Assembly (NCBI GenBank): GCA_951406725.2
Contig: OX597837.1
Coordinates: 46,500,001 to 46,564,000 of the forward strand
DNA from: Octopus vulgaris
Lineage: Eukaryota
Direction of reading: 5' to 3'
Length of the DNA: 64,000 bases
The position numbers were made by a program, and so were the translations under genes. How positions within the stretch are numbered: the stretch's first letter is position 1; every line of letters begins with the position of its first letter. Below are positions 24,751 to 39,670 of this stretch, in pieces. The notes under the pieces are model-generated. The model saw only the letters and a program-made list of their open reading frames with translations, was not told the DNA's origin and searched no databases.

Positions 24751-27700
24751 CATAGTTAAGAAATTTGCTGAACAAATAACTTTATTCTGGTTTCCCACTG
24801 AGATGCACCATGGTAAATGTCATCTTTCATAACTCCAGGTTGTAAGTGAAATTAAATAGATGGAAACTGTATGGAAGCTCTTATTCTCATATGGTAGACT
24901 TAATCTCTCCCCTGATTTAACATCACTACCTGGTTCTCAGATGCCTTTAGCAGAGACTAATCTGCTGTAAACATCCAGGCCCAGTTGTAAACATCCGGGG
25001 CTGAAGAGAACTTCCTTGTACTGGGCCCTAAAAAAACAAACTTGCAGGTGCTACCCTTCCTTTTCTGACTAAGTCATTAAATCTTCTAATTCTATGAAAC
25101 AAATCTGTTTTAAAGAGTTTATATTTAAAATAAAATCTTCCACCATAATTCCATTTATGAGCCTTTAATTACATTATCACATACACCAGTTTAATAAACT
25201 AATAAATGAAACAAGTTATTTTACATCTCCAAATTCTTGATTATTTTAAAAATCAACTAAAATACAGGCAGAAAATATTTCATTAATCAATTCGTTTATT
25301 TCATTAAAAGGTTAAAGGAATCTTCAAAGAAAGTGATATGCAAATACAGCAAATTATCTACATACATGTATTAATCTATTTATATCACGGTAAGTTGTCT
25401 ATACATATGTATATTCAGTAGATTATCTGCCATGTATTTAGATATATTTTGTGAATACAATAATCATCTGAATTTTTGTAGATTATATATATATCATTTG
25501 CTGTGTGTATATAGATCATCTTCTATGTATATAGCTTATCAGGGGTCCCCACCACCCCCTGCCGGAGCCTCGTGGAGCTTTTAGGTGTTTTCACTCAATA
25601 AACACACACAACGCCCGGTCTGAGAATCGAAACCACGATCATCCTACTGCAAGTCTGCTGCCCTAACCACTGGGCCATTGCTCCTCCACTATATATATAT
25701 ATTTATATATATGTGTGTGTGTGTGTGTGTATAGGTTAATCCGCTCCCCTGCGGCAATTTAATTTGACTTTTTCTGCTGGGGATGTTTTATGTGTATGTG
25801 TGTGTTTCGGCACATGCACATACATGCACACACACACACACACACTGCATACAAGATGCATTTCCAACATGATTAAAATTTTAAAAAAAAGAAAAAACTG
25901 TACTCCATGTATAGTGCTGCTACTATGTGCAGATGTCTATCACCTACATCAAAAGGTACAGCTGAAATGGATATTGAATATGTGGAATGAGTGAAAAATA
26001 TAGAAAAAGAGATGTGTGTGTGTGTGTGTGAGAGAGAAGGGGTGCATGTATGAGTGTGTGAGTGTGTGAGAAAGAGAGAGAGACTGACTTGAGAGAGGGC
26101 AGATGTGTGTGTGTGTGTGTGTGTGTGTGACTCGTTTATCTTTTTATTCTCCCTCTTTTGTTCTTGGCAGATACATATAAGGTGGTGATTATGGTAATGA
26201 CGAGGAAACTGATGATAATAACGATGGCAGTGACATCTGCCATTAAGTCAAATTCAAGTTGGCTTAACCAACATTTCTTCAACAAGGTGATGTTATATGG
26301 GAATTGCAGCCACAGTGGCAACGCTTGATAAGGTAAATTGATAAATGAACAAGAGGCAGTGTTTTGTTTACTCTTATTAGCTTTTTTGTTTTTGTTGTTT
26401 TCCTAAATAGTCCAAACAGGAAGCAAAGAATACAGCAACAACAACAACAGAAACAACTGCCAAGGTCGTATTAAAACATTAGTTAGCTTGCCAGTTTGTT
26501 TACTAACAGACACATTTAAGTTTTCTGCTTCACTAATCCTTTTCTCCCATCTTCCTCATCTTTGCAAATATCAGCTTCTTCTATTTGTTTTGTTTTGTTT
26601 TTCTTTTTATTACTGAAGATGTTTTTGTCAGAGCCTCAACTGGCAGAATCATTAGAGTAGCAAGCAAATGCCTTTAGAGGTATTTGTTCAAGCTTTTTGC
26701 ATTCTGAGTTCAAATCCTACCTAAATCAACTTTTCCTTTCATCATCCTATGATGAAATAAAATATCACTCAACCACTTAGAGCTGGTTCAATTCTCTCAC
26801 AGAACTGTTTGCCCAGCATAACATGAAGAGCTTAGGGGACCACTCACAGCATTCCATTTCCCCACAACTGCCATTTCTTTCAACCACAGAGAAAGAATAT
26901 GCTCAGTGAAGTGTTGGTAGAACATGGTAAATGGTGAAGATGGCAGTGAGTTGAATGAGATGTTCTGCTGCTGACTTTGTTTGTATTATTATCATCATCA
27001 AGGTGGCCAACTGACAGAATCACTACCGCACCAGGGAAAATGGTTAATAGCATTTCTTTGAACTCTTTACATTCTGAGTTCAAATGCCACTGAGATCGAC
27101 TTTGCCTTTCAACCTTTCAGGGTCAATGAAACAAGTACCAGTTGAACACTGGGGTCAATGTAATCAACTTCCCCTTCCCCTCAAAATTGCAAACCTAGAA
27201 ATTAGAAAGAAAATATTATCATCCTATTTAATGCTACAACAAGAGCGACAACAACTACTTGTGGATATACATAACCTTCATCAAAGAGCAATATTTCAAG
27301 CTGATATTTGAATATGTGGAAATTATGAGAGATAGAGAGTGATTTAAAGTGTCAGTAACACAAAGTAAGCATTTCTATAGGTTGTCCACTCTCTCTTTCT
27401 CTCTCTCTCTCTCTCACAAACTTAGTCCAATATTTCAACAAGAGGAGTTACAAACAAATGATGAAGAACATGCAACAGTAATCAACAATCATATCTGAAA
27501 TGTTATTTAGTGATGTTCAGCTAAATGTTAACAACAAACAAGGCAAAACAGTTGCTGTTCTTCCTCTCCTTTCTGCTCTTTTACTACAAAACAATTGGCT
27601 TCTCAAACACAAGGCCATTTTGATGTTGTTTAGAAAGCAGGTTTAGTATATCTGTCTAATAAAAAAAAAAAAAAGATTTCCAAGAAGCAGATTACATGAG

Positions 27701-29070
27701 AAAGTAAACCAAAATGAAAATTTTGTTAATAAAATTGTTTATGTACACACATACACACACACACACACGAGTAGATGCACTCAACACTTCCATTCAGGTT
27801 TTGGCTCATTGTTAATCATGGAGAGAATGGATAAACAAAAGAAAGTGACACTCCACACATTCGGCATGAGTTACATATATTATTTAAGAACAATTTGATT
27901 TGGCTCTGGGCAACTTAAAATTTTATAGGTTCGTAGAAATCAAATAAGAGAGACCAAGATTGCTTCTGGATACTGGACTGCTATTGGTCAACACAGGTCA
28001 CATAATGCTATTAATTTGGTAGCGACATCACTTCCAATTCCGTATTCCAATCTGAATTCTTAGGACTACATGCTAAGAGAGGATGTTGGTGGGAACTCTG
28101 TCTAGGAAGTGGGATTTGGTTTGTTAGGAACATTAATCTGTTGGTCTGTGTGTATAACTTGATGTGTGCATGTGTATCTTGTACAACTGTGTGTGTTGGT
28201 GACATCAGAGATTTTGGGTAACATAATGAAACAGCAAAATCCTCAGGCTGCCCACGCACTATCCAAGTTATCATCAATTTTAACCACCAACTTTTTATGT
28301 ATCCCCAAAGCATCAGACTCTTACCCCCAGACTTCAATGCTTATCAGAAGGCCTCTAACAAAGCAAAACGAAGCAATTATTCAAGCTAAGGGAAGCCACA
28401 TGAAATGTGAACAATGTACAGTAACTTCTTGAAATGAACATTATGTATTAAATTTTCATTATAGACATTTTCCTGTTTTAAAACACTCTATCTTGACTGG
28501 TTTATGTGAGGTGACTGAAAACTTTTGCCTAACCATTTTTGGTGGTCGTACCACATCTTCCCCTCTCATTCAGAACCCCAACTACAAAATATAATTAGGT
28601 ATGGAAATGACTCCAACAGAACCAATGTTTCATCTGAAAAAAAATGCAATGCGAAACATCCACTTACAAGTTGGCAATTAGTAGAAATTTACAATAGTTT
28701 AAAGTTGCCAAAAACTTTTGCATGGCACCGTATATGTTAATGCAATTGAAACAATAGTTGGATTTTTAAGGTGAAATCTAAAATAAAGATATAATTTTCT
28801 TTGTGGATATTTGTTGTTGTGTATATATCATCATTTAACATGCACACTATTTATGCTGATGTCCAATTCTACACACAAATGCACTCTCCTCCTCTATATC
28901 ATCACTAACTTCAATTAACTTTTAAACCATGTAATAAATATTACATTCCCCCTACCTCATGTCATGGACGCTTTTCTCTCCCTCTTTTTCTTTCACCTTC
29001 TGTCTCTTCCGCTTATCATCGTTTTCTTTCTCTTTCCTTTCAACAAATCGTCAAATTTAACCCAACACCC

Positions 29071-29125
<55 letters not shown>

Positions 29126-29944
29126 TAATTTTAAATTGGTAAAGCAAAAGTTTGTTTAAATAAATGTCTAACTTTTTATCTTGAAGATTTAATCACAGAA
29201 TATTTAGGTTATATATGGTTATAAATTTATATATACACTCACAGACATGGAAATACACATCAAATGCTTAAATGACTTGTACACTTATATGCAAATGTAT
29301 TTATTTATGTAAACATACATACAAAATACACACACACATTGTATACACCAACAACACCTCTACAAGAATATATATATATATTATTTGAGTTAAAACACAT
29401 GGGAAATCAGAAAATGTCAAAATACAACTGAAGAAAACCACTTGCATTCTCACACTTTCGCATCCCCTCCATCACTGCTAATCCACTTACAACAACAGCA
29501 GCAGCAGCAGCATTTTTAATCTTTATTCAAAAAATGTCAATGAAATATGTCCATTCATAATAAATTGATAGAAATACTGAAACCATAATCCACTAAGCCA
29601 GTTCTAGTTCTCAGAGCTATTGATTTCTCAATATTGTGTCAGACACTTGTGGTGGAATCATCATGAATGGAATGTCTTAGAGTTTCAGTGGCTGCATGGC
29701 TTAAAGTAGTACTGTAAAAGTTCAATCTGTGCATCAGATGAAATGCCTTACAATATTTATTCTGGCCTCTTGCGATGTGAGTAAGATAATAGCTTTCTTC
29801 TTCTTTCCCACTAATTTTGGAAGCCCTATAATGGGTCATAGGTACTGGCCTTCCCTTACCTTTTATCTGTTCCAGTCATTGGAATGCAGCCTTGGAGGGT
29901 CTTAGTTGAACAAGTCAACACTAGTCATTCTTTTTTGTATATAT

Positions 29945-30270
29945 TCTTTTATTTGTTTCAGTCATTTGACTGCAGCCATGCTGGAGCACCATCTTTAGTC
30001 GAGCAAATCAACCCCAGGACTTATACATTGTAAGCCTAGTACTTACTCTATCAGTCTCTTTTGCCAAACTGCTAAGTTATGGAGACATAAACACACCAGC
30101 ATCACTTGTCAAGCGATGTTGGGGAGACAAACACACACACACACACATATATACAATGGATTTCTGTCAGTTACCGTCTACCAAATCCACTCACAAGGAT
30201 TTGGTCGGCCCGAGGCTATAGTAGAAGACACTTGCCCAAGGTGCGAGGCAGTGGGACTGAACCTGGAACC
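29945..30270 (-). mobile_element. SINE family A
   Basis: Same family; abuts a plus-strand tail fragment at about 30270-30440. Other copies at about 10121-10520 (+), 31010-31380 (-), 4400-4555, 8255-8460, 13877-13980, 44352-44480. Confidence 0.8.
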
Positions 30271-32699
30271 AGTGTGTGTGTTTATGTTTACTGGAATAAA
30301 CCAACGTTTCGAGTGGTGTTCTTTTATGTCAAATACATAACAATGGGAACTGATAAACTAAGTACCAGCCTGAAACAGAATTAACTCTGCCCACAAAGGA
30401 AGTGCTCCAGCATGACAACAGTTCAATGAATGAAATCAGTAATGTGTGTGTGTGTGTGTGTGTGTGTTTATTTCGAAATGGGGGAATAAATAAATACATG
30501 CAGCAAGAGTTTAACAATTTATGTTATAATATAAAAGAATGCATTTGAATCTACAATTTCCCTTAACATTGTTAACGAAATGTAATGTATTAACTATGTG
30601 AATAGAACTTTAAATTGTTTAACAATATTCATCTGCAGATAAAGAGACATGATGATGAATTTACCAATGGCATATCTGGCATGATGATGTATCGACTCAC
30701 CAGTGATCTATTGGCTCATTATGTAATTACCTTGCAATTAAATTTTTAGATGATAAATTCACAATGTATTTACCACGATATAATTACCTGCTATAAATTT
30801 ACATTGAACTAAAATGCAGAAATAGTTTTAAACTGTTGTCCACCAAACTATTTCATCTCTCCTTAATGACCACGGATTTCATTCTTTTTTTTGTTATTTT
30901 TATTATTTTATTAAACATATTAAAAGTCAGGAGGGTCTTAGTTTCAGTATTTGATTTATTCTAAATATATAACTGTAATCAGATAAAATAACGAATGATT
31001 TTATCATTCTCTTTTTCGGTCATTTGACTGTGGCCATGCTAGAGCACCACCTTCAAGGATTTTAGTCAAACAAATTGCCCCCAGTACTTAAGATTTTCTT
31101 ATTTTTATTTTAAAACTGATACTTATTCTATCAGTCCCTTTTGCTGAACCACTAAGTTAAGGAGATGCAAACGAACCAAACCATTTATCAAATGGTGGAA
31201 GGGAGAGGGAGTAACAAAGATATACACCAACACTGATATATATATATACATGATGGCTTCCACACAGTTTCCATCAAACACATTACCTCACAAGGCACTA
31301 GTTGACCCAGGGTTATAGCCGAAGGCACTTACCCAAGGCGCTGTGCAGTCAAACTGAACCCAAAACCATATGTTTGCAAAGTAATTATAAATGTTTTATG
31401 TGACACTTATGTCAGAATTAGGATGGCCACAACTGGAAGGTCTTTCATCATAAGCCTGTTTGATCAGAGCTGAGTTGGAGCCAAACAACAATTGTCAAAA
31501 TCTTTAGAGTATTGGACAAAACACTCAGCAATATTTCTTCAAAATCGTTACATTCTGAGTTCAAACCCACTGAGGTCAACTTTGCCTTTCATACTTTCAG
31601 GATCAATAAAATAAAGTGCTCATTAAGTATTGGGGTTGATGTAGTTGCTGGCCTTGTGCCAAAACTTTTAATTACTACTACTACTACTACTACTACTAAT
31701 AGGGTGGTAAGCTGACAGAGTCGTTAGCATGTCAGACAAAATATTTAGCAGCATCTCCTCAAGTGCGACTGAGGTCAACTTTGCCTTTCATTCTTTTGAG
31801 ATCAATAAAATGGTACCAGTCAAGCAATGGGATTGATGTAACCAACTTCCCCCTCACTTCAAAATTGCTAGATTTGTGCCAAAAATTAAAAAGAATTATT
31901 ATTATTATTAGAGGAGAAAAAGAATTTGAAATATCAGAGTCAAAGAAGTTGCTATCACACTTTTCAGTCAAATGCACGGCTTTAACACTTGTTCTTAAGA
32001 TCTTAGAAAAGTTTTACACTGCCAGTGGAAATATCTGAAACTTAAAGTTCAATACTTTTTGGCATTTCAGAGAGTAAAAGAACAGCTGCTGTCACGACAT
32101 CAGTGACAGCAAACTAACATGGTAATAATCTTCCTTTGAGTGCTGCTTCCATACAATGGTATTATGACTCATCCAAGTCAGCTTCACTGGAACCAGAAGA
32201 GGCAAAAGATTAACCAAATTCCATTATTGATTGAAAAACAGGAGAAGACAACTTTTGTTCTAATCAAACTGAAATTAGGAAAAGGTATTGCTACTATTGT
32301 TTATTTATTTATCTTTATGGGAACGGAGGACATATGCCTGCCGTTTTGTAAATTTAACATATATATAATAGTTTAAAAATACATTCACACATATTAGAAA
32401 GAAAGAATATATTCACTAACGATTACACAAAGACACACGTGTGTTGTAACTGTTGGTGAATATATTCACATGTGTGTGTGTGTGTGTGTGTGTTCATAGG
32501 GAAGAGTTTTATTTTTATACATGTTTCATTGAATTCAAGGTTGTATCCAAGTTTTATCTGTTTTTACTCTTCAGTTTTAGTAAATATTAGTTTTTACTAA
32601 TATTAAAAATATTTTTTCCATTTTTTTTTACTTTACAGATTTACTAATTTTTGGTTTTTTTTTCCTAAATTAATTTTCAATGTTTGAATTCCATACAGT

Positions 32700-34290
32700 G
32701 TATCCATGCAGACCATGACTACACAAGAGATGCAATGGAATTAGCAGATGATTAGCAGAGAAAGTGGGCTTTGCATGCGGCAGATGTGCAGGTACAATAA
32801 ACACTAAGAATATATGGGAGATTTTCCCAAATGCCCAGGAAGATCCTTTGAGTTAGTAGATAGTTTTTGTTACCTAGGGACCAAATTAGCAGTGGATGAG
32901 GATATTCTGAAAGTATTGTTGCAAGACTATAAACCAGCTATTACCTTTGTTGGTAACAAAAGGTCTCTCTCAAAATTGAGCAGCAGATTATATAATGCTC
33001 ATATAAGAACAGCAATGCAACATGGTAGTAAATCATGGGCCGTGGATGCAGAGGCCTTGTGAAGACTAGAAAGAAATGAAGTTAGTATTCTCTGCTGAAT
33101 GTGCAACATCAGTGTGTATGTATAACAAAGTGCAAATGTGTTGGGGGAAAAATTGGACATGAGCCATCATGCATATTGGATGAGGATAGCTGCGTGAAGC
33201 ATTGATTGCAAAATGTGGATGTTACTTGTGGAAAAAGGAGATCCAAGAAGATACGAGCTGAAGTAATAGTTGTTGAACCTCAAGGAGGAGATGACAAAAA
33301 AAAAACTGAGATGATTGGCAATTCATCATGCTCAAGTAGACCCGTACACCTTAACAAAGATGAGGTTCTAAAAGCATACAATTAATGTCTGTACCCCTGC
33401 ACCCAATCTTTACCTATCAAACCTTCTCCATAACTCATCTTCATCCCTCTAACTACAGCACTATTTAGCCATAGTTATATGAAAACAGAACTGCCCCTAT
33501 TCCATCATCCCTTTTTGTGCTATCAGTTATCCCTTCCTTGAAACCATTTCCCTTGCCATTCATCCTGCACTCTTCAACATCACTTCTTAACACTTTATTT
33601 TCCACTGAATGCCCCTTTCACCTGGCCGTCAACATCCCCCACCTTGTCACTATATTCACCCTACAGGCCTCTCACCTCAGCCTCTCTTACTGTGCATCTT
33701 CTTTCCCATCATCTCCCTATTTCTTAATATAATAAAACCCATGCTTTTATTATATTGTTGCTCTTCACTAACCCACTCTTTTTTTTATATATATATTATT
33801 ACCTATCACCTCCTCCTACCTGACCCATTCCTATTTACCCTTACCTTCCTCCAAACTGAGATTCATTAATGACCACACCTCCACCCATGTTCACCTTTCA
33901 CTGCATTCACTTCTATCCGCACCTCTATCTTACTCGCCTTTCACACTCTTGCAAATCTACCCACGCAGCCATCCTTGATTCTTGGCCCATATTCTCGCTT
34001 TACCCACCTTCTTCTACCTTGAGGGTACACCCTCACTACTACTCCGCCATCCTTCCTCCGTTTCTTGCTTAGGTAACCATGAATCCCCTATACAGCAAGT
34101 CACTTGTCCCTGTCCCTCGATTACACTTTAGCCCCTCAATACCTGGCACAAAACCACTTCTGTCAATACTAAACCCCAAGTCGGTCAAGGAATCTTGTCC
34201 TATGAGTTATTTGATGACATCATTATTGCTGGTGCCATGAGAAAAATGCACCCAGTACATTCTGAAAAGTGATTGGCATTAGAAAGGTGA
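32700..34290 (+). mobile_element. RTE-clade LINE 3' remnant with pyrimidine-rich 3' UTR
   Basis: SFELVDSFCYLG...RLYNAHIRTAMQHGSKSW..RLERNE, then a long UTR ending in a family-B-like tail with (TGA)n. Confidence 0.7.
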
Positions 34291-35381
34291 TGATGATATT
34301 TTTTTTAAAAATACGAAAAAAAGCCACAGCCATCATATAAAAAAAAAATAGCAAAAAGGACATTATAACTTGTGGAATATCTTGGATGATAACTTTGTTT
34401 GATCAGAGCAGACCTTGGGCTAAATAACAGCAATGTAGTGGATCCACAGATAGCAATGTAACTCAGATAGAATCCTCTAACTTTCCATAATCCTTTAATC
34501 AAAAGAGATGATCACTTTATTCATTCGGTTAGTGTATTGTTTCATTTTAATTACATAAAGCAACAATCTCCTAACCAGAAATCCAATTCACTAAAATCTC
34601 AAGAATATTGACATTTTAGCAACATTAAGCAATGCTGCAGCCAGTCAATTATTATCTCATGTTATATTTAAATGTCAAAATAAACACAACATTGGCAAAG
34701 GGGAATTATCGTCATCATTATTATTGTTTTCAATCATTAAAATAAAATTCATCAGATAAGATATGTCAAAATTGATTATAAATATCATTTCTAAAGATAC
34801 TGGGATGCAAAAGAGAATAAAACTGATTGCCTAGTGATTGAACTAAATTAAAATTATTGTGAACTTTCCGAGTTTTGTTATGTATACTATAAGGAGATGA
34901 AAGATCTGATGTTTTTCTTTTATTTATCTTATTGCTTGGTCAGGAGTAAAGCTGTGATAGGGATGCTTCACAGAGCCTCTGAGACAAGTGGAAAAGAGGG
35001 AGGGAGGGAGGGGGATAATGTATCCTTAAACAGAAAAAAAGCTAGCCCAAATACTTGCAACAAGATGGGTAATGCAGTGACCCAAGGCTCACATGGTGTT
35101 CATTGGGCAAGGAATTTCCACAGTAGGATTTGAATACAGAACCCAAAGGACTGAAACAAATACTCCAAGGAATCCTGTTCAACACAGACAATTCCACCAG
35201 TTTACTGTCTTATTTATTTATTAACCCCAGAAGAATGAAAGTGGTCAAGATAAATACTGCAAGGCAGAACATCAATAGAGAAATCAGAGAAGTGGGGTCT
35301 GAAACTCTTGAGGGAAAGAGCACAGGCATGCAAAACCAAAAATGCCTGCCATTTAAGCAATGCCATTTTTCATATGTGATG

Positions 35382-35524
35382 TAGGGGTGTTGCAAAATTT
35401 GACTTGTGCATATTAATGTCCATTATGTCCTTCATATTGTATCAAAATTTCGTGCATTTATTTGTAAAGTTAAGGAAGTTATTAAAAATTGAAACTCATC
35501 AATGACTTTTGGGGACACCCTGTA
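35382..35524. mobile_element. Tc1/mariner-type MITE
   Basis: TAGGGGTGTTGCAAAA...TTTTGGGGACACCCTGTA imperfect TIRs with TA ends. Confidence 0.55.
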
Positions 35525-36014
35525 TAATAAATGCCTAACCTAAAAATATTTAGTTTTAATATTGTTGATCAAACTAGATAGTATTTATGATAAACAGAAT
35601 ACCAAGCTAATGTGTGTGTGTAGCAAGAATATGATGAAAAAAATTCTTCTTTGTAAATACAAGAGCTAGAAAAGCCATTTTTTTCAATCTGTCATTTGTC
35701 TCGGTATATTATAGATCTAATCTGATCTGGTGTAATCAGCCAATGATGTCTTGAAAAAAAAAACAGATAATGTCGAACATAATCACTGACATCTAAATAG
35801 TTGTAAAATATTAGATATCATAAAAACAAAACACGTAAACATAGATTTCAGTTACAGAAAACAACACCTGCAGAGAAAAAACATTCAACTACATATGTAT
35901 TTATGTGTGCCTGTCCACATATATATGAATATACAGTCATGCATCCATGCATATATATATATATATACATAATATAATATAATAATATGATTGAATGCAT
36001 CCATTTCCAAGTAA

Positions 36015-36055
<41 letters not shown>

Positions 36056-36067
36056 TAGATAGATATC

Positions 36068-36460
36068 AGGAGTGGCTGTGTAGTAAGTAGCTTGTTTACC
36101 AACCACGTGGTTCCGGGTTCAGTCACACTGTGTGGCACCTTGTGCAAGTGTCTTCTACTATAGCCTCGGGCCGACCAAAGCCTTGTGAGTGGATTTGGTA
36201 GACGGAAACTGAAAGAAGCCCGTCGTATATATATATATGTATGTGTGTGTGTGTGTGTATTTGTATGTCTGTGTTTGTGAGTCTGGTGTGTTTATGTCCC
36301 CGTCACTTCGCGGTTCGGCAAAAGGGACAGATAGAATAAGTACTAGGCTTACAAAGAATAAGTCCCGGGGTCGAGTTGCTCAATTAAAGGCGGTGCTCCA
36401 GCATGGCCGCAATCAAATGACTGAAACAAGTAAAAGAGTAAAAGAGTAAAAAGAGAAAGA
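36068..36460 (+). mobile_element. SINE family A, full length
   Basis: GGAGTGGCTGTGT..TAAG head, GGTTCAGTC B box, internal (TA)/(TG) tract, (GTAAAAGA)n tail. Confidence 0.85.
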
Positions 36461-36461
36461 G

Positions 36462-36492
<31 letters not shown>

Positions 36493-36496
36493 ATGT

Positions 36497-36562
36497 GGAG
36501 GCGCAATGGCCCAGTGGTTAGGGCAGCGGACTTGCAGTCGTAGGATCACGGTTTCGATTCCA
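36497..36562 (+). mobile_element. tRNA-like SINE head
   Basis: TGGCCCAGTGGTTAGGGC...GGTTTCGATTCC; same head on the minus strand at about 25620-25690; no acceptor stem. Confidence 0.7.
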
Positions 36563-37436
36563 CTCTGTAGAATCCCTGCTGATGTTCAGAAGGGCATCCA
36601 GTCAATTGAAGTCTGGAGAACTGCCCAGCTGGACAGCTCCGTGTCAAACCCTTACCTGCATGGAAAACTGACGTTAAATATGATGATGATGATGACAGGT
36701 ATAAATGTATCTGTGTGTATTAGTGTTGTGTTTGTTCCGCTAACATCACTTGACAACCAGTGTTGCCTTGTTTGTCACTGTAACTTAGCAGACAAAAAGA
36801 AACTGATAGAATAAGTACCAGACTAAAAAAGTATGTTGATTTATTTGACTAAATCCTTCAAGGCAATGCCCCAGCATGGCCCCTGTCCAAGCAAAGATAA
36901 AAGATAACAATAAACAATAATTGGAAATCAGAGGTAATATATTTTATCGATATATTCCAATCGATACATTTCAATAAAACCTGGTCAAGAAATGTTTAAT
37001 GAGCTCATAAATAAATTAGTAACAAACTATTAGATGAACTCAATCATTTATAGATTATTATTTATATACATAGATTATTCATACACAGGCAAATAATCTA
37101 TACACACACATTATCTATATACATGCCTGACAACCTATACACAAATATACATATATGCATTGCAAATGATCTATATACCGACAGATAATTTTTTTTTTAA
37201 AAGGCAGACAATCTCTATCTGTCTTTTTACACAAGGCACGGACATCCTTTTTCAAGAACTGGTCTACATCAGGTATACCTCATCTTCAGGTGGGCCACAC
37301 CACTAAAAAAAATTCAAGGTAATTTTTCATTAGATGCCATTCAGGAAGTCCCATAGGCTGCAGTATGCCATTGACTGATCTATATACACCCAGATTATTT
37401 AGATACGTAAGCTATATATACACCCAGGTTATTTAG

Positions 37437-37650
37437 CCCTTTAGTATTCAGATTACTTTGTTAAATGTAATGCTTATTTGCATTATTTTGAATTCATCCT
37501 GCTCTATCTCATAGGTTTGAGATTTCAAAGATGTAATTGTTTATTTTTAAAATGACATTGTAGAGTGGGTGTGAGAGACCAGATCTAGCTGGTTCGAGGA
37601 TAAAACGGAGAATATTTTGGCCAAATATGGCCAGTTTAAATGCTAATGGG
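37437..37650. mobile_element. piggyBac-type MITE, same family as 275-495
   Basis: Colinear similarity to 275-495; CCCTTTAG...CTAATGGG ends. Confidence 0.7.
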
Positions 37651-38119
37651 TCAGATACACAGCAAATCATTTACATACACCCAGGTTATGTAGATACACA
37701 ACAGGTGATCTATACATAATATAAACAAATTTTCTTCTATTGACAGATGATTGATATCTATGTAAATTATCTATACATGAAAGGAAATCAATATACACAT
37801 ACCAGTTAACTAAATCTATAACAGATGATTTATAGAGACATCGAATTTGCAAAGTCTTCAGAGCCATAGAAGATACCTTGCAGTATTTGTCCCAGCAGCA
37901 CTTTAATTCCAAATCTCACTGAAACCAACTTTGCCTTTCATCCTTTCGGAGAGAGAGGATCAGCAGAAATGTTAAAGCATTAGTGGAGCTGCATTGCAGT
38001 AGTACTTCAGGTTTTTGCATTCTGAGTTCTTCAGTGGTAGTCTTAATTCATCCTCTGGTTGAACACCACCACCTGGTCTGTTTTTGTAGGGGCAGGGCTT
38101 ATATATATATATATATATA

Positions 38120-38900
38120 TGAATTTTGGAAAATCGTACAATGGTTTCTGCACCAAAATGAATTTGGAAACCTCTGAATCAAGTGTTTAAGAACCGAGAC
38201 AGTAAAGGCAAGATGAATCTTAGTAAAGTGACAAATGCACATGTTGGAACCATAAAAATTAAAGACGACTTTACAAGAACACTTTTGTTAATCAATGTGA
38301 AGATATTAGTGAGCAAATTGTGAAACCAATACTCTCAGCATTGTATAGTGTGAAAAAAGTGGCAAGCTGGCAAAAGTGCCATTTTTTGTTTTATCCAAAA
38401 AGTACCACTTGTATTTTCTCCTGCTAATAAGTATGAGTTGGCATCATTTTTAGAATAGGTAAATTTCCATAATTCATAGTTACCAAAAAATTCTGAAATG
38501 GCTGAACTATTTGTCAAATTGCGCAAGAAAAAAATATCCAATTTACTAAGTCAAATGCTTGGCAAAAGGCATTGGAGAATTTGAAATATGCATTTGCTGA
38601 AAATCCTGCTGCGAAGATATTTGACACCCGTAAAGACATAACATTGACAACTAATGTTAGTGAGAATTCTAAATCAGGAATTTTATCACACAATAACCAC
38701 CCAGAGTTGTATCAAACAAGGTTAACTTCAGCTGAGTCTAATTATGAAAATATTGAAAGAAAAACTTTAGCAATTGTGTGAACCACAAAACCAAAGCTGT
38801 CGTTTTTACTTAGTAGAAAATTCCTACTTAAATCTGATAGAAGGCATCTTGAATTCATCTTTAACCAGGTAATGAAGTTCCAAGAGTTGGAAAGCAAACA
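38120..38900 (+). pseudogene. Ty3/Gypsy RT-RNase H remnant
   Basis: FDTRKDITLTTNVSE...LTSAESNYENIERKTLAIV...KFLLKSDRRHLEFIF (decayed TDAS, NYSxIExExLAI and TDH motifs). Confidence 0.8.
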
Positions 38901-39231
38901 TCTTGTCCATACAGCGACGCCTGGAAAATTTTTCCAATTTGCCCAAAATCATAATGGAGAAAGAATATGGACGCAAAGTATATTTGGTTTTATTGTTGAT
39001 AAGGCTTAGGGACTTTATCTGATATTTAGCAATGATGGTGAGAGAACAGGAACAATTGTGACTGATGTATTCCAAATTTCTATGGAGTGAGTATTGTTCC
39101 AAAATCTGGGGAAAACTTGAAATTTTGGGAGGAAAAAAAAATCATTTTTAAAAATCGTAATCTCCATAAATTTGTATATTTTGGACGAAGTTGCCTAAAT
39201 GTTTCCTTCCATTTTATAAGCCGTTGTGTGT

Positions 39232-39670
39232 GAGAGAGAGGGGGGAGATAGAGGAGAGAGAGGGAAGATAGAGAAGGGGAGAGAGAGCAGGAAGAGAGGG
39301 GGAGCGGGGGGAGTGTGGAGAGAGGGGAGAGAGCTGGGAGAGAGAAGGGGAGAGAGCTGGGGGGGGGAGAGAGCTGGGAGGGAAGGGGGAGAGAGCTGGG
39401 AGGGAGGAGAGAGCTGGGAGGGAGAGAGCTGGGAGGGAGGAGAGAGCTGGGAGGGAGGGGGAGCTGGGAGGGAGGGGGAGCTGGGAGGGAGGGGGAGCTG
39501 GGAGGGAGGGGGAGAGAGCTGGGAGGGAGGGGAGAGAGCTGGGAGGGAGGGGGAGAGCTGGGAGAGAGGGGGAGAGCTGCGAGGGAGGGGAGAGGGGGAG
39601 AGGGAGAGGGGGAGAGGGGGAGGGGGAGAGGGAGAGGGAGATGGGGAGGGGGGAGGGGAGAGAGGCAGAC
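39232..39670 (+). repeat. Polypurine G-rich minisatellite (GGGAGAGAGCTGGGAGGGA)n
   Basis: About ten GAGCTGGG-centred units within an almost pure G/A tract. Confidence 0.9.

Noticed and set aside
24985-25045. Other CTGANGA hits (also about 989, 1725, 5832, 14061, 37283, 49625, 57746) as hammerheads
   Set aside because: No properly placed GAAA/UH or stems; 14030-14070 and 50950-51020 may be very decayed copies but cannot be supported.
36497-36562. tRNA gene
   Set aside because: A and B boxes only, no acceptor stem; SINE head.
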